A stretch of DNA of 64,000 bases from Bacilli bacterium (GCA_022641095.1 JALCDB010000005.1:3766-67765), one strand, 5' to 3'. Positions 8,589 through 16,942 are shown, counted from the first letter of the stretch. Notes: a model not told the origin generated them from the sequence alone. Numbers and translations are program-made.

Positions 8589-8935
8589 TGCATGAGATGG
8601 GCATCGCCTTCGAGTTGATCGATTCCTTGAAGCGGATATGTTCGGATGAGGGTGTCACCAAACTGAAATCCGTGACCCTTTCTTTAGGCGAGGCCTCCAT
8701 GGTCGTGCCGCGTTACATGCTCGATTGCTGGTCGGCCGCGACGATCGACACCCCTTTCGCAAAGGCGAAACTCAAGATCAGAATCGTTCCCTGCAAGGGG
8801 AAATGCAACCGATGCGGAATGCTTTTTTCCGTGAAAAGGAACGATCGCGTTTGCCCCCATTGCCATGCCGTCAACGATTTCGTCCCGGTTACGGGGATGG
8901 GAATCGAAATCACCCAAATCGAAACCGAGCGATGA
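8588..8935 (+). CDS. hypA: Nickel insertion metallochaperone HypA
   Basis: 115 aa. N-terminal MHEMGIA and a zinc-site CxxC...CxxC (CNRCG...CPHCH). Confidence 0.9.
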   Translation: MHEMGIAFELIDSLKRICSDEGVTKLKSVTLSLGEASMVVPRYMLDCWSAATIDTPFAKAKLKIRIVPCKGKCNRCGMLFSVKRNDRVCPHCHAVNDFVPVTGMGIEITQIETER

Positions 8936-8954
8936 GTTGGCACCCCAAAAGGTT

Positions 8955-8989
8955 TATCGCCTTTGGCAAATCTTTTTTTGGCTATTTAA
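8955..8989 (+). terminator. Possible rho-independent terminator after hypA
   Basis: Imperfect stem CCAAAAGG/CCTTTGG with a 7-nt loop, followed 5 nt later by a T7 run. Confidence 0.4.
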
Positions 8990-9080
8990 CCCTAATCTGC
9001 AAAGTTTTTAGCTGCAAAACGAGATTATGCCAAGACAATAAATTGTGCGTTACCGACAATATCGCATGGTTCAAAGTTGA

Positions 9081-9107
9081 TTAGCACTCTTTGCTTGCGA
9101 GTGCTAA
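9081..9107. promoter_or_regulatory. CIRCE operator (HrcA binding site), perfect consensus
   Basis: TTAGCACTC-tttgcttgc-GAGTGCTAA matches TTAGCACTC-N9-GAGTGCTAA exactly. Lies 52 nt upstream of the clpB ATG. Confidence 0.9.
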
Positions 9108-9122
9108 AAACTGGGCTATAAT
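9095..9122 (+). promoter_or_regulatory. clpB sigma-A type promoter overlapping CIRCE
   Basis: -35 TTGCGA (9095-9100), 16-nt spacer, -10 TATAAT (9117-9122). Confidence 0.6.
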
Positions 9123-9158
9123 GGCTTTGTCGATATTGTTTTCAAGGAGGATTTCGCC

Positions 9159-11291
9159 ATGATGGGACCCGATGGAATGGAAGATTATTCAAAAGACGAG
9201 AACGTCCTCGACAAATTCGGACGCAACATAAATGATTTGGTGAAAGCCGGTAAGGTCGATCCGGTCATCGGAAGGGACGAGGAGATCCGCAAAGTCGTCC
9301 AGATTTTGGCGCGCAAAACCAAAAACAACGTCATTTTGATCGGCGAACCCGGCGTTGGCAAGACGGCCATCATCGAGGGCCTTGCGGAGCGGATCGTGAA
9401 AAACGATGTGCCCAACACCATCAAGGATAAGGAAATCTACGAACTTGATATGGGCGCGCTTGTGGCAGGGGCCAAATACCGAGGCGAATTCGAGGAGCGT
9501 CTCAAAGCCGTGCTCAATAAGATCAAGGCCTCGAACGGCGGTATCATTCTTTTCATCGATGAGATCCATCTGATCGTGGGGGCCGGTCGCGCCGACGGGG
9601 CTCTCGACGCAAGCAACATGCTGAAACCGTTGCTCGCCCGCGGCGAGATCGACTGCATCGGGGCCACCACCTTGAATGAGTATCGCGAGTATATTGAGAA
9701 AGACCGCGCGCTGGAGCGCCGTTTTCAACCCGTCCTCATCGGGGAGCCGTCCGTGGAGGACACGATTTCGATCCTGAGGGGGCTGAAGGAACGTTTTGAA
9801 TCGTTCCATGGCGTCAAAATAACGGATAACGCCTTAATCGCGGCCGCGACCCTTTCCAACCGCTACATAACGAACCGCTTTCTGCCGGACAAGGCCATCG
9901 ATTTGGTGGACGAAGCCTGCGCGGGCATTAAGGTCGAGATCGAATCGATGCCGACCGAGCTCGATGAGATCAACCGCAAAATCCGGCAGTTGGAGATTGA
10001 GAAGGTCGCCCTCAGCAAAGAGAGCGATGAGTCTTCGCAAAAGCGTTTGTTATCCTTGCAAAAAGACCTCGCTTCGGCCAAGGGCGAGATGAACGAACTC
10101 AGCAAGGAATGGGATGTTGAGAAAGGCCAGATCGCCGAGTCGAAGGATCTTAAAGGCAAATTGGAGAAGGCCAAGTTCGATTTGGGCGTGGCTTTCTCCC
10201 ATGGCGAATACGAGCAGGCGAGCGAGCTGCAGTACAAGGTCATCCCCGATTACGAAAAGAGGCTCCGCGAACTTGAAAAGGGATCCAAGGATGGCCACCA
10301 TCTCGTCGATGAGATCGTGGACGAGGAGGCCATCGCCAAAATCGTGGCCAAGATGACGGGGATTCCCGTCACCCGCATCGAAAAGGGCGACCGCGAGAAA
10401 GTCCTCGATCTTAAGGATACGCTTGGCAGGCGGGTCATCGGCCAAGACCAGGCCATAACTCTCGTGAGCAACGCCATCTTGCGTCAGCGCGCTGGGATCA
10501 AGAACCCAAATCGCCCGATTGGTTCGTTTCTCTTCCTAGGCCCGACTGGGGTCGGCAAGACGGAAGTGGCCCGCGCTTTGGCGGAAGCCCTCTTTGACAA
10601 TGAGAACAACATCATCCGCATCGACATGTCCGAGTACATGGAGAAATACAGCGTCTCGCGCCTCATCGGCGCCGCCCCGGGTTACGTCGGCTACGAAGAA
10701 GGGGGCCAACTCACCGAAAAAGTGAGACGGAACCCGTATTCGGTGGTCCTCTTCGACGAAGTCGAGAAAGCCGACCCAGAGGTTCTTAACCTTCTGCTTC
10801 AGATTTTGGACGATGGCCGCTTGACCGACAGCCAAGGCCGCCTCGTCGATTTCAAAAACACGATCATCATCATGACCTCGAACCTTGGCAGCGAGGATAT
10901 CCTCGAAGGCCACAAGGAACGCGTGGACGCTTTGCTCCATCGCGCCTTCAAACCCGAATTCCTCAACCGGGTCGACGAAATCGTCTACTTCAACCCTCTC
11001 CCGAAAGACGTGCAATACAAAATCGTTGAGAAGATGCTCGGCGAACTCAACGCGCGTCTCAGCGAGCAGTACTATTCTTTCGCTTTCTCAAGCGCGCTCA
11101 AACAGTGGATTCTCGACAACGCCTATTCGCCCGATTATGGCGCCCGTCCGTTGCGGCGGTTCATCCAGGATCGCGTGGAGACGGCGGTGGCCACCGCGAT
11201 CGTCGAGGGCAAGATCAACACGACCGACAAATACCTCGTCGACGTCCAAGGCGATCAAGTCGTCATCGGCATCGACGACAAAAAAGCCTGA
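9159..11291 (+). CDS. clpB: ClpB-type AAA+ disaggregase lacking the canonical N-terminal domain
   Basis: 710 aa. NBD1 Walker A GEPGVGKT already at residue ~62. Coiled-coil middle domain present. NBD2 has GPTGVGKT and the sensor region GARPLRR. GGAGG sits 8 nt upstream. Confidence 0.9.
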   Translation: MMGPDGMEDYSKDENVLDKFGRNINDLVKAGKVDPVIGRDEEIRKVVQILARKTKNNVILIGEPGVGKTAIIEGLAERIVKNDVPNTIKDKEIYELDMGALVAGAKYRGEFEERLKAVLNKIKASNGGIILFIDEIHLIVGAGRADGALDASNMLKPLLARGEIDCIGATTLNEYREYIEKDRALERRFQPVLIGEPSVEDTISILRGLKERFESFHGVKITDNALIAAATLSNRYITNRFLPDKAIDLVDEACAGIKVEIESMPTELDEINRKIRQLEIEKVALSKESDESSQKRLLSLQKDLASAKGEMNELSKEWDVEKGQIAESKDLKGKLEKAKFDLGVAFSHGEYEQASELQYKVIPDYEKRLRELEKGSKDGHHLVDEIVDEEAIAKIVAKMTGIPVTRIEKGDREKVLDLKDTLGRRVIGQDQAITLVSNAILRQRAGIKNPNRPIGSFLFLGPTGVGKTEVARALAEALFDNENNIIRIDMSEYMEKYSVSRLIGAAPGYVGYEEGGQLTEKVRRNPYSVVLFDEVEKADPEVLNLLLQILDDGRLTDSQGRLVDFKNTIIIMTSNLGSEDILEGHKERVDALLHRAFKPEFLNRVDEIVYFNPLPKDVQYKIVEKMLGELNARLSEQYYSFAFSSALKQWILDNAYSPDYGARPLRRFIQDRVETAVATAIVEGKINTTDKYLVDVQGDQVVIGIDDKKA

Positions 11292-11297
11292 CAATGA

Positions 11298-11326
11298 AGG
11301 ACCTGCCTCATCGCAGGTCCTTTTTG
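11298..11326 (+). terminator. Rho-independent terminator of clpB
   Basis: AGGACCTGC-ctcatc-GCAGGTCCT followed by TTTTT. Confidence 0.85.
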
Positions 11327-11344
11327 TGCGACAATAATCCTAAG

Positions 11345-12238
11345 ATGTTCAAACGCCTCGCCATCAAAAAACGCATCCATAAGGCCGATATTGACCGCAA
11401 TCGCCTGATTCCGGAGCCCCACGGAGTGATAGGGCATCGGAACATCCGTTACATGAACGGCTATGGGAAATGGCATCTCCTCGACGTTTTCCGCCCAGCC
11501 AACACGAGAGGCGTCTTGCCTCTTATCGCGGTGGTTCATGGGGGTGGCTGGTTCTATGGCGACAAAGAGGTCTATCGCCTCTATGCCGAGGACCTCGCCG
11601 CAAGAGGCTTCGCGGTCATCTCTTACAATTATGTTCTCGCGCCGAAAAAGAAATTCCCTTACCCCCTTTTGGAGCTTGATCGCGTTCTCTCGTTCGCCGA
11701 GGATAAGGCGGACCGTTACGGATTTGATCTCCATAACGTTTTCCTTGCCGGCGATTCTTCGGGGGCGCAGATGGCGGCCCAGTATGCCTCCATTGCGACC
11801 AATCCGTCTTACAAAAGCCTATTTTCCCTGCAAACTAGGGTTAAAATCCGAGGACTGGGCCTTAATTGCGGCCTCTATTGCAAACTAGGGGCGGACTATT
11901 CAAATCTTGATCGGGATTCCGATTTGATATGGCGGTGGTACTTAGGCAAAGACTATAAGAAACGCAGCGATCCGCGTTACGAGACTTTGGCGAATATGAC
12001 CAAGGATTTTCCGCCTTCCTACGTTTTGACGTCCGAAAAGGACTTCATCAAGCCCATGAACAAGCCGCTGATCGAAAGGCTCACGGGACTGAAAATCCCA
12101 TTCGCGTTCAAGGAATACGTTTCCCAGGAAGGCAACAGACTTCAGCACGTTTTCCATTTAGTGGTCAATGAAGGACATGCCAAAAAAGCCAACGACGACG
12201 AGTGTGCCTTTTTCCGCGCCCACATGGAAGGCCGCTAA
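11345..12238 (+). CDS. Alpha/beta hydrolase (HSL/carboxylesterase-like)
   Basis: HGGGW oxyanion motif and GDSSGA nucleophile elbow. Start moved to ATG 11345 because the longer ORF-track version crosses the clpB terminator. Confidence 0.8.
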   Translation: MFKRLAIKKRIHKADIDRNRLIPEPHGVIGHRNIRYMNGYGKWHLLDVFRPANTRGVLPLIAVVHGGGWFYGDKEVYRLYAEDLAARGFAVISYNYVLAPKKKFPYPLLELDRVLSFAEDKADRYGFDLHNVFLAGDSSGAQMAAQYASIATNPSYKSLFSLQTRVKIRGLGLNCGLYCKLGADYSNLDRDSDLIWRWYLGKDYKKRSDPRYETLANMTKDFPPSYVLTSEKDFIKPMNKPLIERLTGLKIPFAFKEYVSQEGNRLQHVFHLVVNEGHAKKANDDECAFFRAHMEGR

Positions 12239-12374
12239 GAAAAGGGCTGGCAGAGGAAGAAGGCTTCTCGGCCCGTCAGGAAGCGTTATTCTGTGGCAAA
12301 CCGTCGCGCGCTGATAAATGGGCGAATGCACGCAATCGATCGCCCGCCCGCTTGCTCCAAACGAATGAAAAGGC

Positions 12375-12995
12375 CTAGTCGCGGCCTTGGTAACGGAGCG
12401 AGAGCAGCAAACCAACCATCACCGGCGCGCCGATGATGTAGATAACCCAAAGGGCCCACCCGCTTCCGTTTGGAAGATAGAGGCCCATGCTGACGTAGAT
12501 GGAGGTAAGAACCGCCCAATCGGTGACGACCCACCAACCAACCGCTTCGTTTTTAAGCCGCCAATGGGTGAAAAAGCACGAGAGCGAGAAACAAGCTCCC
12601 GCCGCGGCCCAGACGAACGGTAACCAAAGGGACAGTTCCTCCTCTGCGTGCAGAATGTAGACCGCGACGGTGGCGACGGTGGCGACGAAGAAGATGCAAA
12701 CCAGCGTGAGCGCCATGGCGAACCAGTGACGTCGCGCGATGGTGGGTTTGGGGCCTTTGGAATAGAGTTTGCGGTTATCTTCGGTCGGCTCGTGGGTCAG
12801 ATAATCGATCGTGACCCCATAAAAATCGGCCAATTGCTGCAAGGTGCCTAAATCCGGCAAAGTTTCGCCGTGCTCCCACTTGGAGATGGCTTTGTCGCTA
12901 TAGGAGAACCTTTCGGCCAACTGTCCTTGGGTGAGATTCCGGCTCTTCCGGAGATCCGCCAGATTCTTGGCCACGGTTTCGACGATGTCCTGCAT
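12375..12995 (-). CDS. XRE-family HTH regulator with C-terminal multi-pass membrane domain
   Basis: HTH LTQGQLAERFSYSDKAISKWEHGETLPDLGTLQQLADFYGVTIDYL followed by about 4 hydrophobic helices. Start MQDIV at 12995. Confidence 0.8.
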   Translation of the reverse strand: MQDIVETVAKNLADLRKSRNLTQGQLAERFSYSDKAISKWEHGETLPDLGTLQQLADFYGVTIDYLTHEPTEDNRKLYSKGPKPTIARRHWFAMALTLVCIFFVATVATVAVYILHAEEELSLWLPFVWAAAGACFSLSCFFTHWRLKNEAVGWWVVTDWAVLTSIYVSMGLYLPNGSGWALWVIYIIGAPVMVGLLLSLRYQGRD

Positions 12996-13002
12996 AAGAA
13001 AC

Positions 13003-13031
13003 AATATATGACAAGAAAGGGTTGGGTTCAA
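13003..13031 (-). promoter_or_regulatory. Sigma-A type promoter placed for a leaderless XRE-membrane regulator mRNA
   Basis: On the minus strand: TTGAAC (13031-13026), 17-nt spacer, TATATT (13008-13003), then 7 nt to ATG 12995. No SD. Confidence 0.6.
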
Positions 13032-13036
13032 ATCAA

Positions 13037-13062
13037 CAAAAAAAGCATCCCGTTGCGGATGC
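13037..13062 (-). terminator. Rho-independent terminator after the small acidic ORF
   Basis: On the minus strand: GCATCC-gcaacg-GGATGC followed by a T7 run. Confidence 0.7.
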
Positions 13063-13082
13063 CTCATTTTCTCTCGTAGCGC

Positions 13083-13241
13083 TTAGCGGAAATTCCGCTG
13101 CGCTTCTTCGTCGATTTCGTCGTCGTTGAAGATTGGGTTTGGCTCGCTGGCGATTTGGCTAAGCAATTCGCCATAGGCGATATCGCTTTTGCGGCTGTCG
13201 CCATAATCCTCAAGACTGAGATCTTTGCGTTTATTGGTCAT
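13083..13241 (-). CDS. Small acidic hypothetical protein (52 aa)
   Basis: MTNKRKDLSLEDYGDSRKSDIAYGELLSQIASEPNPIFNDDEIDEEAQRNFR. Strong AAGGAGGAA SD 7-8 nt before ATG 13241. Has its own terminator. Confidence 0.55.
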   Translation of the reverse strand: MTNKRKDLSLEDYGDSRKSDIAYGELLSQIASEPNPIFNDDEIDEEAQRNFR

Positions 13242-13382
13242 TGATGCAATTCCTCCTTTTTTCGTTTCGTGTCGTTTTGTTTCTTCAAGGGTCATTGACT
13301 TCTGCCCTCGCCATGAAATATAGCGGAAAAGAAATGGGTCTCAAGCCTTTTCCCCTTGGTAGCGGTTTCTGGTAGCCCTTTC

Positions 13383-13396
13383 TGAAACTGCTTTCA
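13383..13396. promoter_or_regulatory. Palindrome TGAAA-ctgc-TTTCA (candidate operator, copy 1)
   Basis: Has the same half-sites as 13437-13450. Lies in the divergent 312-nt spacer. Confidence 0.35.
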
Positions 13397-13436
13397 CATA
13401 AAGTGCCGATAAAACCTTATGTTTTTTAGTTAAAAA

Positions 13437-13450
13437 TGAAAGGGGTTTCA
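13437..13450. promoter_or_regulatory. Palindrome TGAAA-gggg-TTTCA (candidate operator, copy 2)
   Basis: Centre lies 54 nt from copy 1. Flanking A/T extends the symmetry to ATGAAA/TTTCAT. Confidence 0.35.
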
Positions 13451-13553
13451 TCACGTTTAAGGGAAAAGGCGAACTATTTTGCGGATATTGCAAGCGTCTG
13501 CGAGGTTTTTAGTTTAGAATAGCGGCAGGAGGTACATCAAAAAGAAATAAATT

Positions 13554-15578
13554 ATGTACAAAGAGGAGACCAAATCCTCGAACCTAGCCAAGCAATTAAG
13601 CGCTTATGACTTTGCGTTCGTCGATACGTGTTCTCTGATGGAAGACAGTTTCCCGGTTTTCATGGATACTTTAGTGACATCCAAGGAGTACTGGAGAGAA
13701 GGATTCAGCGTTATTGTCATCGCCGAGTGCGTGGAAGAACTCAAAAAACACGCCAAGAGCAAAGACAAAGAGGCCCAAGAGGCCCGCATTGAAGCGAAAC
13801 GCGCGCTCAAGATTCTGCGCCACGAAAAGTGGCACAACAGAACCTTGGAAATCAGGAAGGCACCGTATAGCGGAAACAGCACGGGCTTCGCTGATGAGGC
13901 GCTCTACGCCGAAATCTCATCTCTCCGTGTTCAAAACAAGATTCTCGTCATTACACAGGACAAAAAACTGGCGTATGACCTACGAAGTTTGAACACCCTT
14001 GGTTCGATTCATGGACGGTATCTGAAAGTCTGCCGCATCAATAAGGACGGCGACCTCGAAGAAAACCTTGGCGAACCCAGCGAGAGCAATCGCAGCTGCC
14101 ATCATAGAGAAAACGTGAGACCCAGCGTCTCGAATGACCATACTAAAATATCCAATCACAACGACCGCCATAGCGATTCGTTTAAAATTGGCCAATCCGC
14201 TAAGGATGGCAACGATCACCATTGCCACGAAGACCGCCATGAGCGGTATTCCCATGAGGATCGCCACGATTCCTGTGACCGCCCCTTGGAGTCGCAGAAC
14301 CCGATCTCTCAGGCGGATTTCCGCCTTTGCAGCGCTCTGCCCAACCCTAAGTATCCGAAGGAAAAGAAGATCGCCGACATTAATGCTCAGTTAACGGCAT
14401 TGGCCGTCTTGAAACCCGAGGAACTGAATAAGCTTTCTTTGGCTTACACAATCGATCAGCTTAAAGCCGAATTGACCAAACTCGGCGGCAAGTTTGAGCC
14501 GGCGAAACCTATTTCGGGGAGACCGATCTCCGCTCCGAAGACGGTTTCCCCCGCCAAAGTTGAAGACTTGAAACCCGAGTCCAGCATGCCGAGACCGCTC
14601 ATCTCATCTCCCGTCAAAGAAGCGGGCAAACCGCATTCCTGGTTCGAGTTCGGTCGGACGCCGGCCGATGCCATCAAAGCCTGCGGCACTCATGAGGGAC
14701 TGATGTTCCGTGACCCTTCGATCCCTTTCTTCAAAGGGGTTCACGGTCCCGTTGATCTTACGACTGACGATTTGACGCGCATGAGCAAAAGCGTCGGAAC
14801 GCTCTCGACCGGCGAAAGCAAAGAGCTGCCGATAGGCGGCCTCATTGTCCATGTCGAGAAAACGGAACGGGATTACAAAGCCTATATGATTAAGCCAAGC
14901 CAGCCCGCTAAGGTCGTCGCGGCCCCGAAAGTCGAATCGACGAAGAGCGTTGCCGTGGCTAAAGGCGCTGGCGAAGAGGCCCCCAAGGCCGTGATTTCAA
15001 AGCCAAAGGCAAAACTTTCGGTTCGCCGTGGCCGTCCTAAGAAGCCCGCCGAAGAGGGGCCCACCGTTTCGGAGACGAATATCGCCGCTCCCTTCGGGGC
15101 CACCCTTATCGTCGGCGTCCCCAATGACGATACCAAAGCCTACATTGAGCGCAAAAGCCGTCGCGAAGACGGCCAAACGCTTGGCATCGTCCGTCGCGAT
15201 GGCTCTAAGGGAGTCGACCGCGTCGAACCGGCCAAAACGTCAGCTCATGTCGGTCGGAAACCAAAAACCGGTTCCCCTGTCAACAAACGCATGCCCGTTG
15301 CCAAAAAGCCCGTAAAGCCAAAAGCAGAACCTAAAGTCCCTAGGAAAACTCCCGTGAAAACGGCTAAAGCCAAGCCGACGAGTTTGAGCGAGGCCTTAAC
15401 CGCCGATAAGGCCCTAAGCGCCAATATCAATAATCCGAATTATCCAATCGACAATAAGGTTAAAGATCTGAAGGCGCAAAAGGCCCGTATCCGCGGACTG
15501 AGCGAGGCTGAGAGGAAAAAACTTCTCGTCTCCTTGGCTAAAATAAGCGCCAAACTCGTTGAGTTAGGCAAGAAGTGA
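13554..15578 (+). CDS. Hypothetical multidomain protein: PIN-like nuclease domain + His/Asp-rich tract + basic AT-hook-containing tail
   Basis: 674 aa. Acidic residues in a PIN-like pattern (FVDTCSL, AECVEEL, FADEAL, VITQDKKLA). HEDRH duplication. RRGRPKKP at 15024-15047. Duplicated NPxYP...KLxELGxK motif. Confidence 0.7.
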   Translation: MYKEETKSSNLAKQLSAYDFAFVDTCSLMEDSFPVFMDTLVTSKEYWREGFSVIVIAECVEELKKHAKSKDKEAQEARIEAKRALKILRHEKWHNRTLEIRKAPYSGNSTGFADEALYAEISSLRVQNKILVITQDKKLAYDLRSLNTLGSIHGRYLKVCRINKDGDLEENLGEPSESNRSCHHRENVRPSVSNDHTKISNHNDRHSDSFKIGQSAKDGNDHHCHEDRHERYSHEDRHDSCDRPLESQNPISQADFRLCSALPNPKYPKEKKIADINAQLTALAVLKPEELNKLSLAYTIDQLKAELTKLGGKFEPAKPISGRPISAPKTVSPAKVEDLKPESSMPRPLISSPVKEAGKPHSWFEFGRTPADAIKACGTHEGLMFRDPSIPFFKGVHGPVDLTTDDLTRMSKSVGTLSTGESKELPIGGLIVHVEKTERDYKAYMIKPSQPAKVVAAPKVESTKSVAVAKGAGEEAPKAVISKPKAKLSVRRGRPKKPAEEGPTVSETNIAAPFGATLIVGVPNDDTKAYIERKSRREDGQTLGIVRRDGSKGVDRVEPAKTSAHVGRKPKTGSPVNKRMPVAKKPVKPKAEPKVPRKTPVKTAKAKPTSLSEALTADKALSANINNPNYPIDNKVKDLKAQKARIRGLSEAERKKLLVSLAKISAKLVELGKK

Positions 15579-15582
15579 ACGC

Positions 15583-15620
15583 AAGTCGCCATGGGGTTAT
15601 TCCCCAAGGCGACTTTTTCT
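15583..15620 (+). terminator. Rho-independent terminator
   Basis: Long hairpin AAGTCGCCATGGGG-ttatt-CCCCAAGGCGACTT followed by TTTTT. Confidence 0.85.
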
Positions 15621-15758
15621 TTCCTTCGCCGAAAAGAAGCGCGCAAACCCGTTTCTAAGGTGAAGTTTTGCGAAAATAGAATTATTCTTTAAGTTATTAT
15701 GCGCCCGTGATAATGTAAGCGGGCTTCGTAGAAGTTTTTTGGGAGCGAGGTAAGCAGC

Positions 15759-16496
15759 ATGGAAGGCACTAACATATCGAGTCGCAAAGAGCCGGTTTGG
15801 AGATTCAATATGACTTTTGTCATGGGCTTGCTCGGAATAGCCGTTTGCCTGCTCGCCATCGTCAAGGTCATTCAGAACGAATCCCTTCACACCGATGAAT
15901 ACCGCCTCAATGCCATTTACATTGGCCTCATGGGTTTGGTTTTCGTCGTCATTTCCGCCATTGGCGGTTTTCGCAGATTCAAGAACACGAGCAAGATCGC
16001 CGCTGTTTACGCCGTCCTTGCCGTTTTGGTCGCCTATATGCTGACTCGCGTCATTTGGACCGATGTTGCGCTAAGCGGCCGCGTGACCTCCATTATGAAC
16101 AATTACAGCGATTACACGACTGACGTCGCTCGCGCGCAAGCCGTTATCAAACTTGAGCAGGGGGCTCGCACCATCACCATATGCGGCTCCATCGGCGCCA
16201 TCGCCCTCATTTCGCTCTTTTATTTCGCCACCAAGAAGACGCTTGATGGCGAATTCCGATGGCCATATGGCCTTTCGTTCGTCATCGCCTTGGTTTTCGT
16301 CTATATCGTGGCTTATAACGAAGTCAACTTCCTCAACAGTACCTCAAACCTTGATGCCGATTTCTGGGCCCTCTTCTTCGAGAGCCGCGCCTCCATGTTC
16401 TCGCTTATCTTCATCTTCACCATCAGCGTCAGCAACGACTATGATCCGGACAAGGATCCCGTTTTCAATAAATCACTGCCTTCCGCTCAACGGTAG
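15759..16496 (+). CDS. Hypothetical integral membrane protein (about 6 TM segments)
   Basis: 245 aa with multiple hydrophobic helices. GGGAGCGAGG lies upstream. I recognise no family. Confidence 0.6.
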   Translation: MEGTNISSRKEPVWRFNMTFVMGLLGIAVCLLAIVKVIQNESLHTDEYRLNAIYIGLMGLVFVVISAIGGFRRFKNTSKIAAVYAVLAVLVAYMLTRVIWTDVALSGRVTSIMNNYSDYTTDVARAQAVIKLEQGARTITICGSIGAIALISLFYFATKKTLDGEFRWPYGLSFVIALVFVYIVAYNEVNFLNSTSNLDADFWALFFESRASMFSLIFIFTISVSNDYDPDKDPVFNKSLPSAQR

Positions 16497-16514
16497 GCTT
16501 TCGTTTTTAGCACG

Positions 16515-16919
16515 ATGAAACCGAGTTCCAAAACTGAAGCGTGGGTTTCTTGGGTGATCGCTTTGGTCTTGCCAACGGCCTGTTTCTTTGGCATTTTCTA
16601 CGGATTGGGCGATGGTTCGCTTGAGTGGTGGATCAATTCCCTTTTCGTTCCTTCGGCCCTTATCATTCTTGTCATTATCCAGATTTATATTCATCGAAGC
16701 GGCCTTTTCGACGTTCCGGTTTTCGCTTTTCGTCGTCTTTTCGAAAGCTGGAGAAACCCTATCAAGAAAAAGTACGACCAAGCGAGCGATTACCATGAGG
16801 CCATGATGGAGAAAAGATCCGCGAACAAACCATATACTTTGCCTTTCTTTGTCGTTGGCGGAATCTTTGTCGTGGCATCTTTGGTTTTGTCGCTCGTCGA
16901 GGCCACAATCAGCGCTTAA
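16515..16919 (+). CDS. Small integral membrane protein (DUF3899-like, tentative)
   Basis: 134 aa. Two N-terminal and one C-terminal hydrophobic helices flank a charged loop (FAFRRLFESWRNPIKKKYD). Confidence 0.5.
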   Translation: MKPSSKTEAWVSWVIALVLPTACFFGIFYGLGDGSLEWWINSLFVPSALIILVIIQIYIHRSGLFDVPVFAFRRLFESWRNPIKKKYDQASDYHEAMMEKRSANKPYTLPFFVVGGIFVVASLVLSLVEATISA

Positions 16920-16942
16920 TTTGTAGATTGTGAAAGTAATTA

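Noticed and set aside
11105-11344. Upstream extension of the esterase ORF (377-aa version) that overlaps clpB.
   Set aside because: The extension runs through the clpB 3' end and its strong terminator hairpin (11298-11326), and it translates to Arg-rich nonsense. The hydrolase fold begins after ATG 11345.
13980-14267. Minus-strand 95-aa ORF that looks like a 3-TM membrane protein, antisense to the His-rich tract of the PIN-like gene.
   Set aside because: His/Asp codons (CAY, GAY) read in reverse give Met/Val/Ile, so hydrophobicity is a mirror artefact. The ORF also overlaps the structured end of the PIN domain. The plus-strand ORF is continuous for 674 codons. It is worth a glance in transcript data but is not called.
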